Below, piece by piece: positions 26,975-40,011 of a stretch of DNA of 64,000 nt. The notes under the pieces were generated by a model that did no database searches, was not told where the DNA came from, and worked only from the letters and a program-made list of their open reading frames with translations. Numbering within the stretch: position 1 is the stretch's first letter; each line of letters begins with the position of its first letter. This DNA is from Eledone cirrhosa (Eukaryota). The position numbers and the translations under genes are program-made. The stretch covers positions 88,164,001-88,228,000 of the forward strand of contig OZ024741.1 of NCBI GenBank assembly GCA_964016885.1, written 5' to 3'.

Positions 26975-28193
26975 TAGAGTGTTCGGATAGTAATTGTGTT
27001 TTTCCATCACTATGAAATACGAATCAACCAATCGAGCCAAAGTCAAATGGGCCAGAACTGTTTAAAATAATTCAATACATCATCTCTTCTATCCAGTAGT
27101 GTGTCATTCATAGTTATTTTGGTAATTAACCCCATTACTTATTGTATGAGTTTCAAAAGAACAGTATCACTACAGAAGCAATGAAAAACATTTGTGAAGT
27201 GTATCCGCAGTAAAAGCTCGTACATGTCTGCTGTGGTTTAAAAGATTTAAAGATGGTGATTGTGACATTTCTGACAAGTTTCACTCTGGAAGACAACCCA
27301 CTCTGAATGATCACCTTTTCACTGAGATTATTGTATCAAATCCACATCAAAGCACCATAGATTTGGTACATAAATCTAATGTCATGTTCAACTATCCATG
27401 AACATCTCAAGCAAATTGGGAAAACATGCAAAGAGGAAATTTGGGTTCCACATGAGTTACACTTGAGAACTAAACACAACGTTCCAACATCTGCAGCATC
27501 CTTCTAACCAGGAATAACCACCTACCATTCTTGCAGCACATTGTTACAGGTGATGAAAAAGGGGTTTTCATCACAACAGAAAATAAAAAAAAACAATGGT
27601 TATCACGTAATGAGAGGCCAGTACCCAAAATCAGAACTCCATCCACAAACATTCTTGCTCTGTGTTTGGTGGAACATGAAAGATATTGTCCATTACGAGC
27701 TATTGGAACATGGAAGGACCATCAATGGAGATGTCTATTGTCAACAACTTGATCATGTAAATGAAAAGTTACATTGAAAGTGGCCTGCTTTTGTAAACAA
27801 AGGTGTTATTCTCCAGCATGACAATGCACGACCACACTCTGCAAAACAAAACCAAGAAAAAGAGATCATTAAGATGGGAATTTCTTCCACATCCTCCATA
27901 CTCACCTGACTTAGCACCTACAGATTTCTATCTGTTCCAATTACTAGAACATTATATAAGAGGCAAAACATTCAGAAACAGAGAGGAAGTTGAAAACAGT
28001 CTTTCAGACATTTTTTCAGGAAAAGAAATAGGTTTATTTGAATGCAACATCAAAAAGTTGCCTTCCCGTTGGGCTGCAGTCATTGAAAACAATGGAGATT
28101 ACATTCTTGATGAAAATTATTCAGATGTACATAGTTTATATTCCTTTTTATATCCTTTCTGGATAAAACACAATTACTTTTTGAACACACATA
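26975..28193 (+). mobile_element. Near full-length defective mariner (DD34D) DNA transposon, about 1.2 kb
   Basis: Imperfect TIRs of about 30 bp (gtgttcggatagtaattgtgtttttcca / tggataaaacacaattactttttgaacac). Frameshifted transposase motifs WVPHEL, IVTGDEK, HDNARPH and HPPYSPDLAPTDFYLF. Confidence 0.95.
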
Positions 28194-28714
28194 GTAAACA
28201 ATAGCATTAGAGAACAGGGAATGTCTGTGCGACTTGGTACTGAATAAATGCCACAAGTTATTTTTGTCCTAAAGCGCCAGTTTATAGATTTTCTTGCTGA
28301 TGTTTTATATCTTTAGCTGATATACGTTAGTAGAATAACACACACATACACACGATGGGCTTTTGCAAAGACTCAATCTACCAAATTCCACTCATGAGAT
28401 TTTGGTAATCCCAAGGCTATGGTAAAAAGTATATACTCAACATGGCACAGTGGGCTCAAACTCATAACCACATTGCTGCAAGGTGAACTTCTTAACCATA
28501 CAGCTGTGTATACGCACATATATATATATATATATATTGAAATATATCTATAAAAATGGAAAATAATTCTTTGAAACATTGAATATATGGCAATAATGCA
28601 CTTTACCAAGTTTCTGAATATGTGAGTTTTGTTTTATACTCTCCAAGTGTATAAAAACTGTTTAAATCTGATAATATTTACACATAACATATGTGCTCAA
28701 TTGTATAATATTAA

Positions 28715-28953
28715 CCCTTTTTTATACCAAACTGCTTGAAACCATCCATGGTTCTATAATATAAAACCATTTATATTTATCTAAAACCATTCCATCATAA
28801 TTTTATGTAAGAACCTTTAAGATTTGTTCCTAACACCAACTTAATAAAGCGAAAGTTATTTATATTACTAAATCTCTCCAAATTCTGGATTATCTACAAA
28901 ATACTTGAAAATCATTTGCAGTGTCTTTCATTAGAAATATGGTAATGAAAGGG
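28715..28953. mobile_element. piggyBac-type MITE family 2 (further copies at about 20601-20780, 40801-41051 and 62985-63285; partial at about 8772, 8960, 21548 and 58100)
   Basis: ttaa-CCCTTT..TACCA / TGGTAATGAAAGGG-ttaa; shared internal ccatcataattttatgtaagaac. Confidence 0.82.
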
Positions 28954-29404
28954 TTAATTTCAATCTGAACTTTGTGAAAAAGCTTTCTTTCAAGAAGAGT
29001 AGATGGCCTGGTGTGATGGTATATCATTGAAAATTGTACAACTTAGAAGGCTAATTCCACTAGAAAAAAGATAAAACATCACACCTTGCCATTCCTCCAT
29101 CTTGTAAATTCAAGTTTTTATGTTTATGTATGTATTGAGAGAGGGAGAGTTAGTGTCTGTATGTGTATGTTTATAGTTTGCTGGATATCTGCTTCAGTGA
29201 TTTAGGTTTTAACCCTGAACCTGATATGATTCATGAGATGCAATGAATCTTCTAAAATGTCCACAGCCTTGTACCAAAACTAAAATATATTGAAATATAT
29301 ATATTTTACTTCCTGTCGTCCAATCAACCATGAATGTTTGGGTGACTTCATCTTCTATTTTTCTTTTTCTTTTTTTTTTCTTTTTTTTTTCTTCCTGTTT
29401 TGAG

Positions 29405-29473
29405 GGTTCTTCTCCAGATTCTTGTTGGTTGACTTCATGGTTACATGGGACTCATGTGAAGAGCGAGAAAAGG
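29405..29473 (+). CDS. Candidate 69-nt (GAG acceptor) or 56-nt (CAG acceptor, start 29418) exon
   Basis: About 50-nt pyrimidine tract at 29351-29400; donor AGG|gtattt; both versions are open from phase 1. Confidence 0.25.
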
Positions 29474-29773
29474 GTATTTATATGTTTTTCTCTTCAGGAC
29501 ATGTCCATTTACCTACCAGCAACCACCTTACATGTCACTTTATAGTTTTGTTGTGCTATTTATTTATTTATTCTTGCTTTGTTGCTTCCCTTTTGTCACT
29601 CCAGCAGAATGTGATACCTTATTTTGTTTTCTTTCTTAGCATTGCATTGCTATGATGACATTGCATAGTGTCCGGGAGACAGAAACCATCACAACCACTT
29701 ATATACCACCACCTTTTCTTTTTAAAAATATTTTTTCTCTGGCAGGTTTGTTGTGGGAGATTATAAAGCTAAT

Positions 29774-30085
29774 ATCAGAGAGGCAGATTAAATGTTTTGC
29801 AGTATTTAGTCTCAGTTTAAATTCATCATAGTTAGCTTTGCTTTTAATCATTCCAGAGTTGATAAAATGATTACCCTTAAATTATTGGCGTTAATTTAAT
29901 CAACTCATCTTTATGATAGAAATTACTTAGTGGACATCAGAGAGGCAGATTAAATGTTTTGCAGTATTTAGTCTGTTTAAATTCATCATAGTCAGCTTTG
30001 CTTTTAATCATTCCAGAGTTGATAAAATGATTACCCTTAAATTATTGGCGTTAATTTAATCAACTCATCTTTATGATAGAAATTA
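29774..30085. repeat. Recent tandem duplication of about 150 bp of an old SINE-A copy
   Basis: 29774-29925 and 29936-30085 are nearly identical, separated by cttagtggac. Confidence 0.93.
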
Positions 30086-30160
30086 TTGGCATAGGTGATG
30101 GATTGGCAGAATTGTTAGAATTGGACAAATATTTTTGCAGTATTTAATTACGGCCCTTAA

Positions 30161-30378
30161 CCCTTTGGCATTTAAACCGGTCATATCCGGCCAGAATTCT
30201 CTCACCGCTTTCTATTCAAACCGGCCATAACCAGCCCCTCATATTAACATTAAGGCATTGTTCTTAAAATAATTATCAAAATTCTATAGGTTCGATATCA
30301 TGTGAAATAATTTTATGAGATAAAGTGCTTACCATGAAAATACAATAGTAAATATAGAGTAATGTAAATGCTAAAGGG
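30161..30378. mobile_element. piggyBac-type MITE family 1 (TTAA TSD), nested in a SINE
   Basis: ttaa-CCCTTTGGCATTTA...TAAATGCTAAAGGG-ttaa. Confidence 0.88.
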
Positions 30379-31197
30379 TTAATCTTATGAATTCAAATTC
30401 TGCCACAGTTAAATTTGTCTTTCAAGTTTTCAGGATTAATCATATTAAATACCAGTCAACTACTGGGAATGATATAATCAAATTTTTCCTCTCCAAATTC
30501 CTGGCCTTAAATTAGGAACCAATGTTATTATGTGTCAATTGTTATGTTGTTCGATTACACCTTGCAGTATTACTCTTTTAACTTAACGTCCTGTATTGCA
30601 TAAAATTACATTGGTAAAATATTCTTAAAGTGTATAAAATAGCACTGTGATTGCATCATGTTAAAAATTTAAGTCATTTGTCAAATACTGCAAATGTTTT
30701 CAATGATCTGTTAGCCAGTAAAGATATGATAAACATTTGAACTAACAAACTTGTTTTTAGATATTTTCTGCTAAATCATTGCAGAATGTTAAGAGTTAAA
30801 GAAATCATATCTTGGGTATGACTGTCAATAAACTTGAAAAATAAGGAATTTTTCCTCCTCACAACTAATTTTATTGCCATATTGAAAAGCATTTAGTTAT
30901 TTCAAAAGAATGAACATCCAGAAGTTTAAGAATGTTATAAGGAAAATAGCAAACAAATGTTTTTCTTTGTATAAAAGGAATTTGAATGTATGCTTTTAAC
31001 ATGTTTTAATACAGAAGTATAAAACATTCTTGATTTGCAATATTGACTAATCTGTAGATGATATTGATAAATTACTTGATGATGGGTAGTTTTGGTAAAA
31101 ATTGACCAAGTTACCCTACCACAACATTATGGGGAATAAAATATTTTTCTTCAGAAATTATATATATGTGATGCCCCAGTATAGCTACAGTCCATAG

Positions 31198-31230
<33 letters not shown>

Positions 31231-34200
31231 TGTGTGTACTCTTTCTCTCTCAGCTAGTGACCTAAAGAGTCAAACCTTACTGTTATATAATATGCAATTG
31301 AGAACAGCTTTGAACCTGATCACTGGAAAAGGCGTGTAATGAAATAAACCTATTAAACTGATATATAGCTCTCTCTCTCTCCTCTTTATACACATATATA
31401 TATAACTATATATATATATATCATTTCATTTCATTTTACGTCCGCTTTTTCCCTGCTTGCAAGGGTGGGACAGGAACTGATTCTGGCTTGATTTCTACAG
31501 CTGGATGCCCTTCCTAACACCAACCTCATTTACAGTGAGTGCTGGGTGCTTTTTTGCCGTGGCACCTCCACGACCACTTTGCAGTGGAATGATAGGGAAC
31601 CCAGTCCCTATCATCTCATTTCTACAGCTGAGTAAACTGGAGCAATGTGAAATAAAGTGTCTTGCTCAAGGAAACAACACATCACCCGGTCTGAGAATTG
31701 AACTCACAACTTTTCGATTGCAAGCCCAATGCTCTAACCACTAAGCCATGTGCCTCCATATAATTATACACACACACACATATATATATGTGTGTGTATA
31801 ATTATCTCTCCCCCCTCTCTTTTCTCTTTTTGTCCTCTCTTTCTTCCTATTTCCTGAATCTCCTGTCGTTTCTCCTCCCCCCTCTCTTCTCTTCACTGTC
31901 TGACCAAAGTCAAGGACTTTAAGACACCAACCCTCAGCTTCTGTATGCAGTCTCCATCTCTGGGCATCATCATGAAAATCACTGAAACGATCATATTTGT
32001 AACAAGAGAGAGAGAAGACAATAGTATGGACTTGACAAAAATCATGTCAGTACTTTTCTGAAGAACTCGGTTTAAAGCAACAATGTAAAACAATGACTGG
32101 TTCATGTAGAAAGTGGTGTAAATAACAGTAGTAAAGAGAAGAGCTTGGCAGGGCAGAATACCAAAGCTGGCAGGATATATGAATATAGTATAACATCAAG
32201 ACTAGAATAATTAGGTCAGTAGGTTTCAATCATTAACTTCTTAATTCCTCATACCAACTGATCAAACTCTTCTATATCATAGTTGACTTTATCACCTTCA
32301 AGTAGATTTGATTGACCATTCCCTCCCCCATCCCCTAAATTACTGGCATTGTTAAATTGAAACCATTAATTAAATAAAGAAATCATTATTATTATTATTA
32401 TTATCATATTTGAGGGCAGTGGATTGGCAGTATCAATAGAACATCACACAACATGCTTCGCAGCATAGTTATGACCCTCTATGTTCTGAGTTCAAATCCT
32501 GACATGGTTAGCTTTGCCTTTCATCCTTACAGGGTTAAAATAAAGCACCAGTAATCACTGGGGTCGATTTAATTGATTTCCCCCTCCCCACAAATTGCTG
32601 GCTTTGTGCCTAAAGTAGAAACAATTATTATCATCATCATTAAATTGATCAGCCTTGAAAAATGACCTAGGTGACTGGCTGCTAATAATGTGTATATGTG
32701 GTAGGTGGGGCATTAGATTAAAGTTACTAGTATTTGATTAGTAATTATATTTTATTAATCCTGAAAGGACAAAATGCCAAGTTAACCTCGGCAAGGTTTG
32801 AAACCAGAACATAGAGGGATGTAACTAAAATGCTTTACAATATTTAGTTACAGCTCTCTATCTTCTGGTTTCAAATCTCACCAAGATCAACTCTGCTTTT
32901 CGTTCTTACAGGATCAGTAAAATATAATACTAATCAAGTACTGGGGTCAATTTAATCAACCCCTGCACTCATTTACATTGTTATTATTAGCAGTATCGGT
33001 AGAGCGTTGGATGCCATGCTTTGCAGCAATTGAGTTATGACCCTTTACGGTCTGAGTTCAAATCTCGCCATGGTTAACTTTGCCTTTCATCCTTAGAGGG
33101 TTGATAAAATAAAGTACCAGTAATGCACTGGGGTGATTGCTGGCCTTGTGCCAAAAGTAGAAACACTTATTATTAGCCAGTTTTCAAGGTTGATCAGTTT
33201 GAATTGCACCATATTTGAAAAAAAGTGGTACTTCAAGGTTGGTTCTGGTGTGTGTGTAGGGGTGAAGGAGGGGGGGGGGTACCTTGCTATCACAGTGAAA
33301 TATCAACACATATTCCACAGTGGACTATATGACTTAAAAACAACAAATATAAGAATTCAAAAAAAAGGGACAAAAAAAAAAATCAAACAAACAATCTGTT
33401 TATTTTATGAGATTCCGTGTCTTATTTTTGAAATATTTTTCAATATGAACATTTTAACTTATGACGCATTGAAAAATTTGAAATTTGAAAATATAGTTGC
33501 CAAAAGGCAATCTCTAGGGGTAGTTTACCTGATTTATTCAATTATTATTTGTAGTTATTTGAATTGTGGCAACTATATTTTCAATATCTTTGTTATGATC
33601 TAAATACTAGTCTCTGTTGCTATTCTACAGCATTATGACACTTGCTATCTTCCTCATCACAGCTTTCAGCCACTCTCTTTCTTTCTCATATTCTCTCCTC
33701 TCCCTTTATTTTATCCTCTATTTTTACTGTTTTCAAACACACCTCCCTTTCTCTCACTTCTGCCTCACACTCTCTCTTTCTCTCCACATTTTATCATTTT
33801 CTTTTCTTATATCCTTTCTTATCTTCTATCACACACATACTCTTACTCTCTGTTATTCTGTCTACCATTTTCGCCATCATAATTATCATTAATGCTGTTA
33901 TCGTCATTGTCATCATTATCATCATTCAGAACCCTATAATCTCTGCTACATAATCTCACATCTGATATACTGCTGCTACCGCCATATAATTTTATTCCTG
34001 TTCGGTGAATCTCAGTAATTTCACCAACAGCCTTATCTTATCTTTATTTCATTACAGTAAAGAGTTTATTTTTACTTTATTTAATTAATGCCTTGCCATG
34101 TTCTGGCTTTTATATTTCCTCTTTGAAATGGTCACTTCTTTCTGTTGCTATCTTCTTTTACTTAGCTCAAGAAAATGAAAGAAACAAAACAACAAAAAAT

Positions 34201-34484
34201 GGTCACTTTCTTCATCCTATTATTCTTCTTGTTCTAATAATAAAAATAATAATTATTGTTTGTAAATATTTCAGCAAGGTTTCCAAACACTGTTGTAGTT
34301 TAACTTAGTCTATTTTAATAAGTTGCTTAATAATGTTAATTTGGCTTTATTTTTGTTTTATTGCAATTGTAATGATGATGATGGTAGTGATAACAATGCT
34401 TCAGTTTGGCTCACATACACATTTTCAATGTGGTGATATTTTTTTCTTCTTGTTATTGGTTTTTATATTATATTTTCTCTTCAG

Positions 34485-34497
34485 TGATATATCTCAG
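34485..34497 (+). CDS. Candidate 13-nt microexon
   Basis: tattttctcttcag|TGATATATCTCAG|gtagga. Confidence 0.35.
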
Positions 34498-34691
34498 GTA
34501 GGATGGTATTTTTATTACTTTGGAGTAAGAGTTGTCCAAAAAACAAACAGTTTTTTTTTTTTTTTTACAATTTGGTGCCATGCTACCATCTGCTTAATTC
34601 TTAGCATCTTGTAATGATTTAGCAAGCGATATCTGAAAATGGGTTTATTAATTGAAATATTTATGGTATTTATATTATCTTCAATTTTTAA

Positions 34692-34899
34692 CCCTTTAGC
34701 ATTTAAACCAGCCATATCCGGCCAGAATCTCTCATCTCTTTGGCCATAATTGGCCACTCATACTGACGTTAGGTATTGTTCTCAAAATGAATAACATCAA
34801 AATCTCGTAGATTTGATATTAAGTGAGATAATTATGTAAGATAAAGCTTTTACCACAAAAATACAATAGTATATATAGAGTAATGTAAATGCTAAAGGG
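34692..34899. mobile_element. piggyBac-type MITE family 1
   Basis: ttaa-CCCTTTAGCATTTA...TAAATGCTAAAGGG-ttaa with perfect 14-bp TIRs. Confidence 0.9.
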
Positions 34900-37800
34900 T
34901 TAAAGTAATGCAGCCATAATACTGTTTTCACTTTTAAGTATGTTTTGGTAATGTAAACCATTACCTGGTCATTAGGTGCTTTTAATGGAGTTCATTCCAT
35001 TACAATGATTCCAACCAGATTTTCAGATAGATCTCCATTCATATTTCCCCTCCAAGTTAAATATTGACCTGTAGGTCTTTCTTCATGATTGGCATCAGCC
35101 ACGTCAGTTTCACCAATCCGAAGAACCCACTTCTAATATAATTAACTGGAATTCGTGTTAGTATCGATTTGTACTTTACAACCAAGTTGAACAATGTAAA
35201 GAAACCAATGTTTTTATCAATGGCTGTTGGAAGATTTGATAGCTTCACCTAGATAATTCCAATTGGTGCTAGATAGAAATGTATGACATGTTCAGTGTTG
35301 TCACATTTTTCTAAATAACTACCTTTATGAAACCAGTGTGAAGGTATGTGGCCTAGTGGTTAGGATGTTGGACTTAGATTCGTAATACCATGGGTTCAAA
35401 TCTTGCTCTTGTATACTCAACTGAAAATGAGTGCCAATAGTAGAGAGGGTTAGTTAACCTTGCAACGAACTAGTGTCCTATCCAGGAAGGAGTCTTATAC
35501 TTTCAGTTGCTTAACACCAATGAAACCAGGATAAGCACTGACCTGATAAGCCTCGAGGCTTGAGGTTGGGGAAAATGAAACCAGTGGTTGCCCTTCAATG
35601 AGAAATTTAGAGTCATATAACAATTTCCAAGTACCTTTCTGAAATTTAGCATTGATTTACTAATTAACTGTATTTTGTTGTCTTTTTCTTTTTAATTCAT
35701 TTTCAATTATATACCTCTCAATGGTCAAAGATTTAGTGAGCTAATTACAAACTCAAAAGAAAAATCTGGAATCAACTAGCCTCAAAGTAAACCTAGCTAA
35801 GACTAAAATTTTAGTTTGCTTGGTAGAAGACAGGACTACTGTCTTCAAGAGGCCAACTGATAAAAAAAGTAAACCTCATATGTGCTATATGCACAGGAGT
35901 ATTTAGCAGTAGGTGTACATGTGAAATAATCTTATCTTTCAAATACTTGGAAAGCTTCTCCCACCCAGTTCCTCTAGGTGAAGTTGAGAGTTTTTGTTAC
36001 CTTCATAGCCTAATTAGTAGTAGAGATGAGTGTTCCAAAATCATAGTTGCCAGAGTAAAGGACATGCTGGAAAAAGTTTGGTGAGTTATTAATTTTGTTG
36101 GCAGCAATTGGTTTCTCTTTCAGAATGAAAAACAGATTGTATGATGATTGGGTACAAAGTGCAATGTTATATTGTAAAGAAATGTAGGTCTTGAATGCAG
36201 TTTTGCAAAGGTTCAAAAGAAATGAATCAAGCATGTTTTGCTAGGTCTGTAATGCTAGTGAGCATTCAAAGCAGAGTATAAATGATCTAAGACAGAAAAT
36301 AGATATGCAAGGAATTGGATGTAATATGCAAATGAAAGAACTTTGGTGGTATGAATATATGATACATGAAGTATGTTAGTTGTATAAAAAAAAAGTGCCA
36401 AGCCCTCCAAATAAATAAAGCTTGTAGAAGAGAGATTAGGGAAGACATGGGATGAAGTGTTGAAGACTCATCTGAACCTCACAAAGGACTGCAAGATGAG
36501 GCAAAACACTACTAGAGAAAACCCACTCAGGCATGAAAATATAGATGTAAAAAATTGAGGTGATTGAGATTGGGATGTAAAATGTCTACATTTGGATCTC
36601 TTTCAACCATTATGTTCATATTAAATTTCCATTTGTTGCTCTCCCCTTCTTTTTTATGCTCTCTTGTCGGTTACTTACTCCTCTCCTATCAATGTACCTC
36701 CCTGCTATCACTCTATCTCCAATCACACTACTCATTCAAAAAGGGTTGGCATCACATTGGATTTGTTTATATTCAATATCCATTTACTTTATTGCTCTCT
36801 CTCTCTCTCTCTCTCTGGTTCTCTTCTATAACCCTCCCAAACACATTGCCTCTCTGCAATTTCTTGACCAACAAACATCATATAGCTGTCTCTCAATCTC
36901 TCTTTTCTGTCATCATCTTGCTCCTGTGACACTGGTTCTATTCTTTGACTTTTCTATCACCTTCTTACTCTGGCTTTCCTCTCACCCAGTTGTATGTGAA
37001 TGAAAGGGACAAATGTACGAAGACACAGGAGCAAGGCACCCCTCTGGTGAACAAACAAATAGAGATACTGTAAGGTAGATAGAGCTCTTTAGTCTGCTGG
37101 GTACACCACAACCTCTCTTGTGCTGGTGTCAATAAAATGCACTGAGTACACTTCATACAGTGGCTAGTGTTGGTGAGCAATCCATTGCATGTACTGTCAA
37201 TTAGACTGAGTTTATTTTATATTAATTCACTGCTGTTATTCTGCATTCACAGACCACATCTCACTTTCATACTGTTGACATACATCTCTTGTAATCTACC
37301 TCCTTCCTCTCTCATCATAGCTATCGCTTATACCTCTCTCTGTATATGTCTATACATGTTTATACATAGATATGTATTTTCTCACACACTAACTGAATTA
37401 TTTAATTACTAATAATCTGTTGATGTTAGTATTACATGTGACTGTGGTTGTTGTTTTTGCTGTTATATAGCCACAGCTTAGGTCTGCTCAAACATTCTTA
37501 TATTCAAAAAGATAGTCAGGATTCTTGCTGTGATTCTCTTCTTTTTGTATATCTAGGACTGCATTGTCCAATGTGCCCTTCCTTTTTTAAGATGGCAACA
37601 TGTGATTTAAGGGCTGCTAATTTTTAGCAGGTTTAACAATCATGTGGCAGCTCCTTCATTTGGCTTGTTGGGTTGAATTTATGCTGTTGATAATGATAGC
37701 ATTTGTGTCCATCAAATGGTAGTGGTGGTATTTTTGGTAGAGATTATTTCACTGCTAATTTCTCTTACATAGTCCCTTAATTGTGTACCTTATATATATA

Positions 37801-37920
37801 TATAGTAATAATAATAATAATAAATTTGAAGACTAAAATCTAAAGAGGGCTCGATAAGGATAAATATATATCAAATATATAAGAACCGTAGAGCAAATAT
37901 TTATTAAAATAACAGATTAA

Positions 37921-37971
37921 AGTTTAAGCAAAGAATCGCTGCTTTCACCCTTAACGGGATCTTCTGAAACT
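37921..37971 (-). ncRNA. Type I hammerhead ribozyme fold in the Penelope pseudo-LTR
   Basis: Minus strand AGTTT-CAGAAGA-TCCC-GTTAA-GGGT-GAAA-GCAG-CGATTCT-TTGC-T-T-AAACT: stems I, II and III all pair; the core is a U4A variant of CUGANGA. Confidence 0.7.
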
Positions 37972-38061
37972 AACAAAGTCAATCTGTAAACGCAGAAGTG
38001 GATATTTCAAAAAACGTTGCAACCGGAGGAAGACAGGAAGACGATACTTTGGTTCATGGAA

Positions 38062-38320
38062 ACGTTCCCTGGCAAAGAACAGGAAAAAACGAATATAATA
38101 CGTCATTAATAGGAGCGGTGAAAAACAATTACACGCAAAGACAGAACCACGTTTATGGTATAAAAGAAGTCGTAGACTAATGTTCTCTTAGGTGGTTCAT
38201 AGAGACGTTCTCTGGCAATGAACGGAAAAAACGAAGATAATACGTCACATGTGGAGCGTGGAGAACAATTGCACGCAAAGACAAAACCACGTAAATGGTA
38301 TAGCAGAAGTCGTAGACTAA
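38062..38320. repeat. Two diverged direct copies of a unit of about 118 bp in the Penelope 3' region
   Basis: acgttc(c/t)ctggcaa...agaagtcgtagactaa at 38062-38180 and 38205-38320. Confidence 0.9.
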
Positions 38321-40011
38321 AATTCTAACTAGGAGACCAAATGATTCTCCGCTTCAGAGTTAAGAATAAAGTAAATAAAATACAATACAGAGGTAATTGA
38401 TATTAAATAAATACATACACGCATCCAAATACGTACATACACAGGCATACGCGAAAACACTCGCCATAGGTATACAAACCACGCACATATAAATATGTGT
38501 GTGTGTGCGTGTATACAAATAAATAAGTAATTAAATAAAAGTATATAAATAAATAAATACGTATATAACAAGCGCACACATACCTACATGTAAATACACA
38601 AATATTCGGAGACGTACGTCAACCAAAACATGAAGTACACATATACACACACCCAACATACGTACGAACCCGCATACTCACACAGACGCAAAACTCCCGT
38701 ATACACATAACCGAAAGCATATGTACCAGAATATATAAAAATATACGCCATAACATATACAATCAAGTATACGTACGAGAAAGTATACGTACCTTCACAA
38801 AACATACAGGTAATATATACTTCCCTATGCAAATAAGTAATGGTATCAAGATAACATATACTTAGCTACCACATCAATACGTAAAATATCTGCGTATAGA
38901 TCGTACTAACCATACAGGAAAGTTTTGTGCAATTTATGTTTACAAGCCAAAATTGCCTCAGATTTTTTGTTTAAGATGTGGTCTGTGGCGTAGAGTATTT
39001 CCAGGGCCTCAGCGGCGCAGAGGTCACACGGTCTTTTATCTCCGTTATACGATCTAGCCCTAGCTAGGATCTCCCAGTGTAACTTATATTGGGTGTGGTT
39101 GTCTTTTAGACTCCAGATATAAGCTGAAAGTGACGTCATATTCCTTCTTAGAGGGTAACAAAACAAATGGGTATGCATGTAAAGACCCTGCTTGAATCTA
39201 TTGGCGGTTAACCCTATGTAGGCCCTACGGGACGTGGGTGTTTCAACCTTACATTTGTAGACAATGTTACTAGAGAGGCATTTCCTGGATAGGGGGCAGT
39301 CAACCCGATTCCTACAATTACAGTTAGTACTAACTACAGGGTTGCACGTGTTCCTACGGCTAAGTAGTTTAGCTAAATTTGAAGCTGTGATGTTATGTGC
39401 AAGGTTAGGAGTCGTAGAGTAAGAAATTTTAATAGTATTTCTATTAAAAATTTTACTATATTTATGTGTAGGAGGGAAAATGCTTCGTAATAAGGGATAG
39501 AAAGATCTTAGCTAATGGTGTGGCCGCCGCCATATTATATAGTGGGTTATACCATATAATGCGACGGGATCTATTTCTTCTAGGCCTATTCTCGTACTCT
39601 GTATATGCTACCTTATCGACAAATCCACTCCGAGCAAGAGCTTCATTGTAATAAGTGGAATGGTCGTTGAAAATATGCTCGTTAGTAGATAGACGGGAAA
39701 GCCTCAATGAAACGTTTCTTACCAGGTTCTTGGTTATGCTGGCAGGGTGGTGGAATGCTAACTTATGTAATTAAGCGTATCATTCGGCTTTCTATACGGG
39801 TAATACAAGCCATTCGATAAATTGAGGGTAACGTCGAGGTAATTAACGACCGAGAGGTTGGCCTCAACCTGTATAGAGAGGTTGAAGCCTTTAAAGAAGG
39901 CTGTGAGTTCTTTTCTGAATCTGTCGCAAGCACGAGGGCCGCACTTAATCTGTTATTTTAATAAATATATATATGCGTGTGTGTTGTTGAATCTCTCTCG
40001 TTTCCGATGAC

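Larger units (their letters stand above)
37805..39968 (-). mobile_element. 5'-truncated Penelope-like retroelement (RT C-terminus, linker and GIY-YIG endonuclease, long 3' region)
   Basis: Minus-strand motifs VNYLDVTLNL, YRKPN, IIWYNP, KIFNRNTIKISYS, CNCRNRVDCPL, IVYKC..AYIG, CDLC, LNKKSE..CKH; frameshifted; flanked by (TA)n. Confidence 0.93.

Noticed and set aside
33133-33603. 156-aa ORF
   Set aside because: Begins in a SINE tail, has AT-biased composition, no recognisable domain and no splice support
33998-34030. Iron-responsive element
   Set aside because: Loop is not CAGUGN on a 5-bp upper stem, and the position is intronic
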